The position numbers and the translations under genes are program-made. The notes beneath the pieces are model-generated. The model was given only the letters and a program-made list of their open reading frames with translations. It ran no database searches and was not told the DNA's origin. A stretch of 64,000 nt of DNA from Gammaproteobacteria bacterium (lineage in GTDB: Bacteria; Pseudomonadota; Gammaproteobacteria; Eutrophobiales; Eutrophobiaceae): positions 960,001-1,024,000 of the forward strand of contig OZ244905.1 in NCBI GenBank assembly GCA_965221695.1. Reading direction: 5' to 3'. Position 1 is the first letter of the stretch; each line of letters opens with the position of its first letter. Positions 43,677-53,682 of the stretch are shown piece by piece.

Positions 43677-43896
43677 CTCTTCACAACTACTGAATCATCG
43701 CACCGGAAACGTGTTCCGTGTGGGATAAACATGTCGCAAAAACTGATTGTGGCTTGCAATGCCTGATCCGGTGTGCCATAGTTCTGTCCTACAGCGATTA
43801 TTTTGTCTCACATCGCTGGAATTATTATGGACCCGGTGAACTATCCAGACCACGCTGTGAGGTCTGGCTATTTGCCACTCACCTTGGAGGACGCTA

Positions 43897-44574
43897 ATGA
43901 CAGCAGCGAACCCAACAACATCTGACCGGCCTAAGCCAGTCACTTTTGACACACTGCAAGCCGTCCAGAGCCTGCGTGGCGCCGGCTTCGACAATGTGCA
44001 GGCAGAAGGTATCGTGACAACCCTCAGCAGCGCCGTAAGTCAGACCGTCGCCACAAAAACTGACTTACTGATCGTGCATAAGGATATGGATATCCTAAGC
44101 AATGATGTGGGTACCCTGAGCAAAGATATGGGCGCCCTGCGTAAAGATGTGGATGTTCTACGTAAAGATGTGGATGTCCTGCGTAAAGATGTGGATGTCC
44201 TGCGTAAAGATGTGGATGTTCTGCGCAAAGATGTGGATGTCCTGCGTAAAGATGTGGATGTTCTGCGCAAAGATGTGGATGTCCTGCGCAAAGATGTGGT
44301 TGCCCTGCGCAAAGATGTGGTTGCCCTGCGCAAAGATGTGGATGTCCTGCGCAAAGATGTGGATGTCCTGCGCAAAGATGTGGTTGCCCTGCGCAAAGAT
44401 ATCGTTGCTATGCGTAGAGATATGGATAGTTTGCGCATCAACATACAAAAAGATATGGATCGGTTGCACGACAAGATAGTGATAAAGCTGGGCGCGCTGA
44501 TGGTGACGATGACATTTATAATATTAGGAATTGCCCCGATTTATCTCAGGTGGATAAATTCACTGTTGAGTTGA
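43897..44574 (+). CDS. DUF1640/CCDC90-like head-coiled-coil-membrane-anchor protein with expanded heptad repeat
   Basis: GGAGG RBS; FDTLQAVQSLRGAGFDNVQAE head, ATKTDL neck, (LRKDVDV)n stalk, hydrophobic C-terminus IVIKLGALMV... Confidence 0.88.
   Translation: MTAANPTTSDRPKPVTFDTLQAVQSLRGAGFDNVQAEGIVTTLSSAVSQTVATKTDLLIVHKDMDILSNDVGTLSKDMGALRKDVDVLRKDVDVLRKDVDVLRKDVDVLRKDVDVLRKDVDVLRKDVDVLRKDVVALRKDVVALRKDVDVLRKDVDVLRKDVVALRKDIVAMRRDMDSLRINIQKDMDRLHDKIVIKLGALMVTMTFIILGIAPIYLRWINSLLS
44137..44409 (+). repeat. 13 tandem copies of a 21-bp coding repeat
   Basis: CTGCGYAAAGATGTGGATGTY (9 copies, one beginning CTA) and CTGCGCAAAGATGTGGTTGCC-type variants (4 copies). Confidence 0.97.
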
Positions 44575-44641
44575 TACCGCACACAAGGCGACCACATGGA
44601 TAATCACGATGAAGGGAAGTAATTTGCCTGCGCAATGCAGG

Positions 44642-47600
44642 TCAGCGCAGTTTCTCCAGGAATGTCTCGAGGAAGCGAAAGCGAGCGTCAACATCCGCGA
44701 ACTCCCGGTTTATTCTTAGCTTGTTACTCCCTTCGAGTTTATAGAGATGGGGATTGGCCTGCAGCAGATTAATCAACTTCGCCCTGTCGAAATCTGCGTT
44801 TTCATCAAAGTGAATTCTGCCTCCCTTATCTCCCAGGTCAATTTTACGGATGCCAAGGGGATGCGTCTGCTGCTTAAGGCCGGCAATACGGAACAGGTTT
44901 TTCAACGCATCCGGCAACAGCCCGAACCGGTCTATACATTCCTCTTGCAAGTCCCATAATGTGCGCTCCTCTGCCGCGCCGGCTATACGTTTGTACATCA
45001 CCAGCCTTGTATGAACGTCTGGCAGGTAGTCTGCAGGTATCAATGCAGGAACACTCAAATCCACTTCTGCGCCATGATCCAAGGCGCGATCCAGCTCTGG
45101 CTGTTGTCCGGCTTTCAGGGAAGCAACCGCCCGCTCCAGCAGATTCATGTACAAGCCGAAGCCTATCTCCTGAATTTGTCCGCTTTGCTCATCGCCCAGA
45201 ATCTCGCCGGCCCCGCGAATTTCCATGTCGTGGGTCGCCAGGGTAAACCCCATGCCCAACTCCTCAAGCGCGCCAATCGCTTCAAAGCGCTTTGCCGCCG
45301 TGTCGCTGACGGTTCCGGCATCTGGTCTGATCAGGTAGGCATAGGCGCGATGATGGGAACGCCCGACTCTGCCACGCAGTTGATATAACTGCGCCAGACC
45401 GAATTTATCAGCACGGTTGATGATGATGGTGTTGGCGCTAGGCACATCGATGCCAGTCTCGATAATTGTTGTACAGACCAGGATATTGAACCTGAGATGA
45501 TAGAAATCCAACATTACCTGTTCAAGTTGCTTTTCCGGCATCTGTCCGTGGGCTATGCGGAGCTTTGCCTCCGGCGCCAGTTTCCCGACTTCCACTGCGA
45601 CCTTCTCAATACTGTTAATCTCATTATGCACGAAATAAACCTGTCCGCCTCGCTTGATCTCTCGCAGCATTGCCTCGATCAGCCATGTTTCGTCCCATTC
45701 CCTGATAAAGATTTTGATCGGCAGTCGTTTTGACGGCGGCGTGGCGATGATGGACATGGAGCGCAAATCCGATAAAGCCAGATTGAGGGTGCGCGGGATA
45801 GGTGTGGCGGTAAGTGTCAATACATCCACCTGGGAGCGCAAGGACTTGAGCTTTTCCTTTTGTCTCACCCCGAAGCGGTGTTCCTCATCAATAATGACCA
45901 GGCCGAGTTTGGCAAAGCCGATATTGTCCTGCAACAATTTGTGTGTGCCGATAACGATGTCAATTTTGCCGGCGCGCAGATCATCACAAATCCCAGTCTG
46001 GTCTTTCCTGGAAACAAACCGTGACAGCGCTTCTATGCGTACCGGCCAATCCGCAAACCGATCCCTGAAGTTCCGGTAATGCTGCTGTACCAGCAATGTG
46101 GTAGGAGCCAGCATAACCACTTGTTTATTGTTTTCCACTGCAACGAACGCTGCCCGCATTGCCACCTCAGTCTTGCCGAACCCCGAATCACCACATACTA
46201 GCCGATCCATGGGGGTTGCAGCGCGCATATCATCAAGAACGCCGGCAATGGCTTCTGCCTGCCCCGGCGTTTCCTCGAACGGGAACTCCTGGGCAAACGC
46301 CTGGTAAGCATTATTGTCAACGCCGAACGCGAAACCCCGCGACGCGGCCCTGCGGGCGTGCTGTTCCAGCAATTCCGCGGCCACGTCATACACTCTTTTC
46401 AGGGCCTTACGCTTTGCTTTCATCCAGTGACCACTACCCAGACGGTGTAGTGGTGCGTGTTCCGCATCCATGCCCACAAAGCGGCTGATCAAGTTCAGCG
46501 ATGTGACCGGCACATACAACTTGTCGCCCTGGTCATATTCCAGACAAAGAAACTCTGCCTCGATCTCGTGGACTGTCAATGTCAGCAGGCCACGGTAACG
46601 GCCCACACCGTGTTCCTCATGGACAACCGGGGCGCCGATGGACAACTCAGTCAGGTTGCTGATCACCGAGTCAGCAAGTTGCCGGCGTTTTTTACGCAGG
46701 CGGCGTTGTTGAGCCCGCTCGCCAAACAACTGGGCTTCGCTTATCAGGATAATATCAGGACGTTCCAACTGCGCCCCCTGCTCCAGCGGCGCCACAGTCA
46801 AACCAAAACGCGTTTCCTGCGTCAGAAAATCTTCCCAACCTGTGTAAACGAACGGTCTGGTTTTTTCCTTATTGAACAACTCTATGACCGTTTCCCTACG
46901 CCCCACTGACTCCACCACGATCAATACACGTCCGGCAAACTCCTCCATGAAGCGGCGGAATACTGCCAGCGGGTCCTGAGAACGCGCATTGACGGGATAT
47001 TTTCTTGGAGCGATGGCGAGGAACCGGATAGTTTTGGAGACATCGACTTCTACGCTGGTATGACCGACATGAACCTGACTGTATATATTCAGCAGGTTGA
47101 ATATCTCATCGGCTTGGTAGAATATTTCATCCGGCGCCAACAAAGGATGCTCGCGGTCATTTTTTCCCTGCTCATAGCGAGAAGCCGCCATTTCCTGAAA
47201 TTTTAGCGCGGCAGCGCCAACGCCTTCGTCCAGTATGACAGTGGTTTGTTCCGGAAGATAGTCGTTCAAGCTGCTGGTATGGGAATAGAATAACGGCAGA
47301 TAGTACTCAATCCCTGCCGGCGCAATGCCATTGCTGACATCGGTGTAAATTGGGCTGCTGCCGGGATTCCCGGAAAACCGCAGACGCCAATTGCTCCGAA
47401 ACTGATCGATAGCCGACGGGGTAAGTGGGACTTCCCTGGCGGGTAGTATCCTGATCTCGCCAATTTGCTCCAGGGAACGTTGGGTTTCAATATCGAAAAT
47501 CCGTATACTGTCAATCTCGTTATCGAACAGGTCAAGACGGAAGGGGGTTGCGGAACCCATGGGAAAAATATCGATAATCGAACCTCTTACGGCCACATCG

Positions 47601-48094
47601 CCATGCTCCATGACCTGGGACACACTGCGATAACCGTTATTGTTCAGTTCCTGCCTGAAATCGTCCATTTCCAGAGTCTGGCCTGAGCGTAACAAGAGAC
47701 TGTGCGAGAAAAGATACTGTGCCGGCAATAGGCGATACATTAAAGTGGAAATCGGCGCAACAAGAATGCCCTGACGCAGGTCGCGCAGTTCCAACAACGT
47801 AGCCAAGCGGTCGGAAACGATATCCTGGTAGGGGGAAAACCGATCATAGGGCAAGGTCTCCCAGTCCGGGAATAGCAGCAACCTCTGTCCGGACCGGGAT
47901 GAATCGAAGAAGGCCAGTTCTTCCATGAGCCGGTAGGCGCCAGACTGGTCCGCAGTAATCACCACAAATAACGATGCAGTTTTCTTTGCAGCAGAGGAGA
48001 TAGCAAGCGCTTTGCTGCACCCGGGCAGTCGCTCCCACTTGACCCGTTCTCCCTTTGATGCGGGAACTTCAGGATGCAGGGGACTTATGAGCAT
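44642..48094 (-). CDS. mfd: Transcription-repair coupling factor
   Basis: PDWETLPYD, VRGSIIDIFP, CGDSGFGKTEVA, DEEHRFGV, QLRGRVGRS. Confidence 0.98.
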   Translation of the reverse strand: MLISPLHPEVPASKGERVKWERLPGCSKALAISSAAKKTASLFVVITADQSGAYRLMEELAFFDSSRSGQRLLLFPDWETLPYDRFSPYQDIVSDRLATLLELRDLRQGILVAPISTLMYRLLPAQYLFSHSLLLRSGQTLEMDDFRQELNNNGYRSVSQVMEHGDVAVRGSIIDIFPMGSATPFRLDLFDNEIDSIRIFDIETQRSLEQIGEIRILPAREVPLTPSAIDQFRSNWRLRFSGNPGSSPIYTDVSNGIAPAGIEYYLPLFYSHTSSLNDYLPEQTTVILDEGVGAAALKFQEMAASRYEQGKNDREHPLLAPDEIFYQADEIFNLLNIYSQVHVGHTSVEVDVSKTIRFLAIAPRKYPVNARSQDPLAVFRRFMEEFAGRVLIVVESVGRRETVIELFNKEKTRPFVYTGWEDFLTQETRFGLTVAPLEQGAQLERPDIILISEAQLFGERAQQRRLRKKRRQLADSVISNLTELSIGAPVVHEEHGVGRYRGLLTLTVHEIEAEFLCLEYDQGDKLYVPVTSLNLISRFVGMDAEHAPLHRLGSGHWMKAKRKALKRVYDVAAELLEQHARRAASRGFAFGVDNNAYQAFAQEFPFEETPGQAEAIAGVLDDMRAATPMDRLVCGDSGFGKTEVAMRAAFVAVENNKQVVMLAPTTLLVQQHYRNFRDRFADWPVRIEALSRFVSRKDQTGICDDLRAGKIDIVIGTHKLLQDNIGFAKLGLVIIDEEHRFGVRQKEKLKSLRSQVDVLTLTATPIPRTLNLALSDLRSMSIIATPPSKRLPIKIFIREWDETWLIEAMLREIKRGGQVYFVHNEINSIEKVAVEVGKLAPEAKLRIAHGQMPEKQLEQVMLDFYHLRFNILVCTTIIETGIDVPSANTIIINRADKFGLAQLYQLRGRVGRSHHRAYAYLIRPDAGTVSDTAAKRFEAIGALEELGMGFTLATHDMEIRGAGEILGDEQSGQIQEIGFGLYMNLLERAVASLKAGQQPELDRALDHGAEVDLSVPALIPADYLPDVHTRLVMYKRIAGAAEERTLWDLQEECIDRFGLLPDALKNLFRIAGLKQQTHPLGIRKIDLGDKGGRIHFDENADFDRAKLINLLQANPHLYKLEGSNKLRINREFADVDARFRFLETFLEKLR

Positions 48095-48203
48095 ATATAT
48101 CGCAAATTAATGCAGAACTTTTCAGGTTAAATTGGAGCGTTTGTTACAATTTCGGCACAAGCGGAAATGGCATGAAGGAGCTTTCTGCGAATGCGCTACA
48201 AAA

Positions 48204-48291
48204 TCACTCCCATAAATGCGGGAGTCCAGTCAAATACCGTGCCGCCCGCAGAGCCTGTCCCCGTGAAAACGGGGCGTTGCGCGGGAATGGC
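48204..48291. repeat. Composite palindromic repeat with a nested second repeat
   Basis: TCACTCCCATAAATGCGGGAGTCCAG ... CCCGC[AGAGCCTGTCCCCGTGAAAACGGGG]CGTTGCGCGGGAATGGC. Confidence 0.55.
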
Positions 48292-48323
48292 ACAAAACAT
48301 AGGTGCGAGCACACCTATACAAA

Positions 48324-48629
48324 CTAATCTGCGTCATCTGCGGACTTATCCTGCTCGCCCCGCTGAAATCTCTTCAGTTCTCTGGTGAGACCTGCCTTAT
48401 CGTGCTTAAGTCTCAACCACTTAGGCAATCCCGCCACAACGCCAAGCAGCGCGCCGCACAGCAGACTAATGGCCAGCGCCAACGATAAAGGGATTTCAAA
48501 GTTGGCGAGATAGAAATCAATGACAACTAGTTGCTCGTTACGAATATGAAATGCCAATCCCAGCAAGATAACAATCAGGACCAGCGCAAATTTAACGTAG
48601 AAGATCAAAAAGGAGTCAACTCCGGTCAA
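48324..48629 (-). CDS. lapA: Lipopolysaccharide assembly protein LapA family
   Basis: TM-N..V.IDFY..F.IPL-TM-basic coil; follows ihfB; start uncertain. Confidence 0.8.
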   Translation of the reverse strand: MTGVDSFLIFYVKFALVLIVILLGLAFHIRNEQLVVIDFYLANFEIPLSLALAISLLCGALLGVVAGLPKWLRLKHDKAGLTRELKRFQRGEQDKSADDAD

Positions 48630-48897
48630 CCCGCTCCCGCATCTGCTTTCCCGGTTTGAAATAAGGAACGTACTTGGCCGACAATGAAACTGCCTCCCCG
48701 GATTTGGGATTGCGGCCTATGCGCGGCGGCCGATAATGAAGAGAAAAGCTGCCGAAACCGCGGATTTCAATCCTTTCCCCTGTTGCCAGGCTCTGTGCCA
48801 TAGCTTCGAGTATAGTTTTGACTGCTGACTCGATATCTTTGGATGTAAATTGTGGCTGTCGAACGCATAAAGCCTCGATCAGTTCAGATTTGGTCAT
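48616..48897 (-). CDS. ihfB: Integration host factor beta
   Basis: [31 protein letters not shown]. Confidence 0.98.
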   Translation of the reverse strand: MTKSELIEALCVRQPQFTSKDIESAVKTILEAMAQSLATGERIEIRGFGSFSLHYRPPRIGRNPKSGEAVSLSAKYVPYFKPGKQMRERVDRS

Positions 48898-48926
48898 TGT
48901 TTAATATCGTATCGTTTACGCGGATA

Positions 48927-50609
48927 TCAGCCGTTGCCTCCGCTGTCAAGATGTTTTTTCAATAAATCGCCCAACTTCGCTCCCGATGAAGTATCCGGAG
49001 TATACTCTTTGATGGCGGCAGATTCCTCATCGGACTCCTTGGCCTTGACAGAGACTGAAATTGTCCGTTTCTTCCTGTCGACAGCAGTGATTTTGACTTC
49101 TATTTCATCACCCTCCTTCAAGCCGCTACTCTTTGCATCCCTGGCCTTGTTTTCCCCGGATAACTCGGAGAGCTTCAACTGTGCTTCAACTCCCTGCGCC
49201 AGTTCTACAACGATATGCCTGGTTTCCATAGCTGCGACCTTGCCGGTAACTATTCTGCCCTTGGGGTTTTCCGCGACATAAGCCGTGAACGGATCTCTTT
49301 CCAACTGCTTTATTCCTAAGGAAATGCGCTCCCGCTCAGTATCCACGGCAAGCACGACTGTTTCTATCTGGGCGCCCTTTTTATAATTTCGCAACGCCTG
49401 CTCGCCCTCGTCCACCCAGGAAACGTCAGACAAATGCACCAAGCCATCAATGCCGCCGGGCAACCCGATAAATATGCCGAAATCGGTGATTGATTTAATT
49501 TGGCCGCTAACCCTGTCTCCCTTATTATGCAATGCGGCAAACTCTTCCCAGGGGTTGGGTTGGCATTGTTTCATGCCCAGTGAAATACGCCGTCGTTCCT
49601 GGTCTATATCAAGGACAATGACGTCAACCACATCACCTGTCTGCACAAGTTTCGAGGGATGGATATTCTTATTTGTCCAATCCATTTCTGATACATGTAC
49701 CAGTCCCTCAACACCTTCCTCCACTTCAACAAAACAACCGTAATCGGCCAGATTGGTTACGGAGCCGCGCAGGCGCGAGCCTTCCGGAAAGCGTTTGGTT
49801 AGATCCCCCCAAGGATCTTCTCCCATCTGTTTCAGGCCCAGCGAAACCCGACTGCGCTCGCGGTCGAACTTCAAGACCTTAACATCAATCTCATCACCGA
49901 TATTGACCACATCTGACGGATCTTTGACCCGTTTCCATGCCATGTCAGTAATATGTAACAACCCATCGATACCTCCGAGATCCAGAAATGCGCCGTACTC
50001 CGTCAGGTTCTTGACCACGCCTTTTACTGTTACTCCTTCCTTCAGCCTGTCTATCAGGCTTTGCCGCTCGGCAATATTCTCACTCTCCACCACAGCCCTG
50101 CGGGACACCACAACGTTACTGCGTTTTCGGTCGATCTTTATGACCTTGAAATCAAGCGGCTTGCCTTCCAAGTACACTGTATCCTTGACCGGGCGAACAT
50201 CCACGAGCGAACCCGGCAAAAATGCCCGGATCCCTTCAACTTCAACGGTAAATCCACCTTTCACCCTCTCGGTGATCACACCGGTTACTGTTTCATCCTT
50301 GTCGTGGGCCTGCTCCAGACTGTTCCATGCCAGTAGTCGTTTGGCTTTCTCTCTCGATAAACGGGTTTCGCCATAGCCGTCTTCTATCGCATCCAGCGCC
50401 ACTTCAACCTCATCACCGACGGCGACCTCCAGATCACCTTGTTCGTTATAAAATTGATCGATGGGTATCCAGGATTCAGATTTCAAACCGGCGCTGACAA
50501 TTACATTGTCCTGATAAACATCGACAACAACCCCGTTAAGAATAGCGCCAAGCTGCATTTTTGCTTCTATTTGGCTCTGTTCGAATAATTCAGCAAAAGT
50601 TTCAGTCAT
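48927..50609 (-). CDS. rpsA: 30S ribosomal protein S1
   Basis: Six S1 repeats, [20 protein letters not shown]. Confidence 0.99.
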   Translation of the reverse strand: MTETFAELFEQSQIEAKMQLGAILNGVVVDVYQDNVIVSAGLKSESWIPIDQFYNEQGDLEVAVGDEVEVALDAIEDGYGETRLSREKAKRLLAWNSLEQAHDKDETVTGVITERVKGGFTVEVEGIRAFLPGSLVDVRPVKDTVYLEGKPLDFKVIKIDRKRSNVVVSRRAVVESENIAERQSLIDRLKEGVTVKGVVKNLTEYGAFLDLGGIDGLLHITDMAWKRVKDPSDVVNIGDEIDVKVLKFDRERSRVSLGLKQMGEDPWGDLTKRFPEGSRLRGSVTNLADYGCFVEVEEGVEGLVHVSEMDWTNKNIHPSKLVQTGDVVDVIVLDIDQERRRISLGMKQCQPNPWEEFAALHNKGDRVSGQIKSITDFGIFIGLPGGIDGLVHLSDVSWVDEGEQALRNYKKGAQIETVVLAVDTERERISLGIKQLERDPFTAYVAENPKGRIVTGKVAAMETRHIVVELAQGVEAQLKLSELSGENKARDAKSSGLKEGDEIEVKITAVDRKKRTISVSVKAKESDEESAAIKEYTPDTSSGAKLGDLLKKHLDSGGNG

Positions 50610-50642
50610 ATAATAGTTTTTCTCTCGTTTTAAAGCGATACA

Positions 50643-51350
50643 TTATGCATATGCGGTTGATAAATCGAAACGTTTTCTGATTATCTCTGCAACCTGCTTG
50701 AACACATCATCTCTGTCACTGTCAGAGGTGTCAATCTCCAGCGCGCCGTTTGCCGGCCGCAAAGGAGAGAGAATGCGCTGCGTATCCCGTTTGTCTCGTT
50801 CAGCGATAGATTCTACAAGATCTTCAAACCTAACATTAATCCCTTTTTCTTTCAACTGTTTATATCGTCTTTTTGCGCGCTCTTGCGGATTCGCCGTTAA
50901 AAACAGCTTTAATTCTGCCTGCGGGAATACTACGGAGCCCATATCGCGCCCGTCTGCCACCAGACCGGGCGCCTGCTGAAAACTGCGTTGCCATTCCAGT
51001 ATAGCTTCACGCACTGTGCCATGCGCGGCCAGGCTCGAAGCCGCGCTACCGCAATCCTCGCTTCGGATCAGGTCACCAACATCCTTGCCATCCAAGATTA
51101 CCGTTACTGGCTCGTCCGCTTCTGCGGCTATAAACTGAACCTCCGGCAAACGCTCCAGCGTGAATCCCGCCACCCGATTGGCTTCGCTAACGGGAATATT
51201 TTTCCGTTGTGCCAACAAGGCCAGGATGCGATACAACGCACCGCTGTCCAGCAGGCGCCAATCGAGCCAGCGACTGATACGGCTACACAACGCGCCTTTG
51301 CCGGCCCCGCTCGGGCCATCCACAGCGATAACAGGGATATCAGGCCGCAT
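50643..51350 (-). CDS. cmk: Cytidylate kinase
   Basis: DGPSGAGKG, LDSGALYR, ADGRDMGSVVFP. Confidence 0.97.
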   Translation of the reverse strand: MRPDIPVIAVDGPSGAGKGALCSRISRWLDWRLLDSGALYRILALLAQRKNIPVSEANRVAGFTLERLPEVQFIAAEADEPVTVILDGKDVGDLIRSEDCGSAASSLAAHGTVREAILEWQRSFQQAPGLVADGRDMGSVVFPQAELKLFLTANPQERAKRRYKQLKEKGINVRFEDLVESIAERDKRDTQRILSPLRPANGALEIDTSDSDRDDVFKQVAEIIRKRFDLSTAYA

Positions 51351-52671
51351 TGATCTTTTCTATACCCACGCCCAGTTGCCGCGCACAATCGATAAACCCG
51401 GGGAAGGACGTATCGACGTTTTTGCAGTCCTGCACGGTGATCGGACCCGCCGCGGCCAGGCCGGCCACGCAAAATGCCATGGCTATGCGGTGGTCGTCGT
51501 GGCTGCGGACCACCCCCTCTGCGGGACGGCCGCCGATGACGCGCATGCCGTCCGCGCGGGTCTCAACCCCGATGCCGATACGTTCCAGCCCTTCGGCCAT
51601 GGCCAGGATACGGTCGCTCTCCTTCACGCGCAACTCGGCGGCGCCCTCCAGCACAGTTTCACCTTGCGCATGGCAGGCGGCGGCGATGATCGCCGGAAAT
51701 TCGTCGATCGCAATCGGGACCAATTCCCGCGGGATCCGAATCCCGCGTAACGGCCGGTATATTACCCGCAGGTCCGCCACCGGCTCTGCGGCGTCTTCAA
51801 CCCGGTTCGAGACGCTGATGTCCGCGCCCATCCGCTTTAGAATTTCAATCACGGCAGCGCGTGTCGGATTGATCCCGACGCGTTCGATAACCAGGTCTGA
51901 CCCCGGAACGATACTGCCCGCGGCCAGGAAGAACGCGGCCGAGGAAATATCGCCCGGAATGCGCAACCGGCCAGGACGCAAACTATTGGCTTGCATTGTG
52001 ATGCGCGCGCCCGAACGGGTAACCGGGCAACCGAAATGGGCCAGCATCCGCTCCGTGTGATCACGCGTCGGCGCCGGTTCCGTTATCACCGTTTTACCCT
52101 GCGCGTACAGAGCCGCGAGCAACAGCGCCGATTTCAGTTGTGCGCTGGCAACGGGTAATTCGTAGTCAATGCCACGCAACCGCCTGTTGCCCGTTACCTG
52201 TGCGGGCAGTGTCCCCTCAGCGGTGGTCTGCACATCTGCGTTCATTGCGATCAGCGGGTCAGCCACGCGCCGCATCGGTCTGCGCTGCAGGGATTCGTCT
52301 CCGGACAGCGTGGAAGAAAACCGCTGGCCGGCCAAAACGCCCAGCAGCAAGCGTGCGGAAGTGCCGGAATTTCCCAGGTCCAGGATGCCGGAAGGCGCGT
52401 GCAAACCGTTCAATCCCACTCCATTGACGCGCAGGCATTCACCTTCCAGGGTCATGTCCACCCCCATTTGCCGGAACGCGGCCATGGTCGCCCGGGTATC
52501 GGCGCTGTTGAGAAAACCGCTGTATTCACTGGCGCCATCGGCCAGGCTTGCGAGTATCACCGCCCGATGCGAAATGGACTTGTCTCCGGGCACCCGCACC
52601 CTGCCCTGTAATCCCCTGGTTGCGGGAACAACATGATAATCAACCCCGGCTTGTATGGGTTTGTCCGTCAC
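51340..52671 (-). CDS. aroA: EPSP synthase (class II)
   Basis: PGDKSISHR, GNSGT, SAQLKS, RDHTE, RVKESDR, DHRIAM. Confidence 0.98.
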   Translation of the reverse strand: MTDKPIQAGVDYHVVPATRGLQGRVRVPGDKSISHRAVILASLADGASEYSGFLNSADTRATMAAFRQMGVDMTLEGECLRVNGVGLNGLHAPSGILDLGNSGTSARLLLGVLAGQRFSSTLSGDESLQRRPMRRVADPLIAMNADVQTTAEGTLPAQVTGNRRLRGIDYELPVASAQLKSALLLAALYAQGKTVITEPAPTRDHTERMLAHFGCPVTRSGARITMQANSLRPGRLRIPGDISSAAFFLAAGSIVPGSDLVIERVGINPTRAAVIEILKRMGADISVSNRVEDAAEPVADLRVIYRPLRGIRIPRELVPIAIDEFPAIIAAACHAQGETVLEGAAELRVKESDRILAMAEGLERIGIGVETRADGMRVIGGRPAEGVVRSHDDHRIAMAFCVAGLAAAGPITVQDCKNVDTSFPGFIDCARQLGVGIEKINAA

Positions 52672-52731
52672 AGTCGCCCGGACATCGCCCTGGTTTTAGC
52701 CAGGCGCCGCGCCGGTGAAGCTCCGCGCCAA

Positions 52732-52784
52732 CCTGAAATCGCAGGCGTCCCGCCTGCCTGCGGGCGAGACGCCCGCGCTCCCGG
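52732..52784. repeat. Inverted doublet of REP-like palindromes
   Basis: GCAGGCGTCCCGCCTGC-CT-GCGGGCGAGACGCCCGCGCTCCCGG. Confidence 0.75.
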
Positions 52785-52791
52785 AGTGCGG

Positions 52792-53664
52792 TCAGTAGCC
52801 CCTGTTCCTGGCATAGTCATCTCTCGCTTGCTTGGCGCGGGAAAAGATCTCCACCAGCCTGGCGCCATCGCCTGCTGCAATTGCCTGCCTGGCGCGGTCC
52901 AGGCGCTGCTCGAAACTGTCCAACACGGCCAGCAGCGGCGCGCTGTTGGCCAGGCATATATCGCGCCACATTTCGGGGCTGCTGGAGGCCACACGGGTAA
53001 AATCCGCAAACCCGCCTGCCGCGTAGTCGAATATCTCCTGCTTGTCCTGCATCCGGGCAAGACAGTCGATCAAGGTGTAGACCAGTACATGAGGCAGGTG
53101 GCTGGTTGCCGCCAGCGCTTCATCATGGCGCTCAACGTCCAGTTCAACAACCCTCGCGCCCACCGCGCGCCACATCCCGGCTATTGTTTCGCTGGCGTTC
53201 CGGTCCGTCTCGGCAAGCGGCGTGATAATGACGACATGGTTCTCAAACAATTCCGCAAACGAGGCTTCGACGCCACTCTGCTCCGTGCCGGCGATAGGAT
53301 GCGCGGGCACGAAAAAAGGCAACCTGTCAGCCAACGCATTTCTTGCCGCGGCAACCACCACCCCCTTGGCGCTGCCCACATCGGTAATGATACAACCCGG
53401 TTTCAGGCTGTCGCTCATTACCCGCATCAGCGTTTCGGTGGTGGACAGCGGTGTCGCGAGCACCACAAGGTCGGCGCCCTCCACGGCTTCCCGGAGGTCC
53501 AGGCTGTAACGGTCGATGACACCATCGGTGACCGCCTGGCGCAAGGCCGCTTCGCGCCGCCCGTAGCCGGTGATTGACGCACACAAGGACTCCCGCCGCA
53601 AGGCCCGCGCCAGCGAACCGCCTATCAGTCCCAGGCCAACTATACTGATGTGTTCAAATAACAT
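52792..53664 (-). CDS. tyrA: Prephenate/arogenate dehydrogenase
   Basis: GLGLIGGSLA, TDVGSAK, HPIAGTE, TSHLPH, DFTRVA. Confidence 0.94.
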   Translation of the reverse strand: MLFEHISIVGLGLIGGSLARALRRESLCASITGYGRREAALRQAVTDGVIDRYSLDLREAVEGADLVVLATPLSTTETLMRVMSDSLKPGCIITDVGSAKGVVVAAARNALADRLPFFVPAHPIAGTEQSGVEASFAELFENHVVIITPLAETDRNASETIAGMWRAVGARVVELDVERHDEALAATSHLPHVLVYTLIDCLARMQDKQEIFDYAAGGFADFTRVASSSPEMWRDICLANSAPLLAVLDSFEQRLDRARQAIAAGDGARLVEIFSRAKQARDDYARNRGY

Positions 53665-53682
53665 GCTGAACTAACACAGAGA

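Noticed and set aside
43700-43780. Cyclic di-GMP-I riboswitch (GGAAA...CGCAAA resemblance)
   Set aside because: No GNRA tetraloop or recognisable receptor stem; kept only as an unassigned structured leader
44137-44409. Tandem repeat as a CRISPR array
   Set aside because: Units are contiguous with no unique spacers, are in-frame heptads, and no cas genes are present
44040-44479. Alternative-frame repetitive ORFs (MWMSCAK, RRTSTSL, IHIFAQD repeats)
   Set aside because: Shadows of a stop-free 21-bp repeat; only the 43897 frame has an RBS, head domain and membrane anchor
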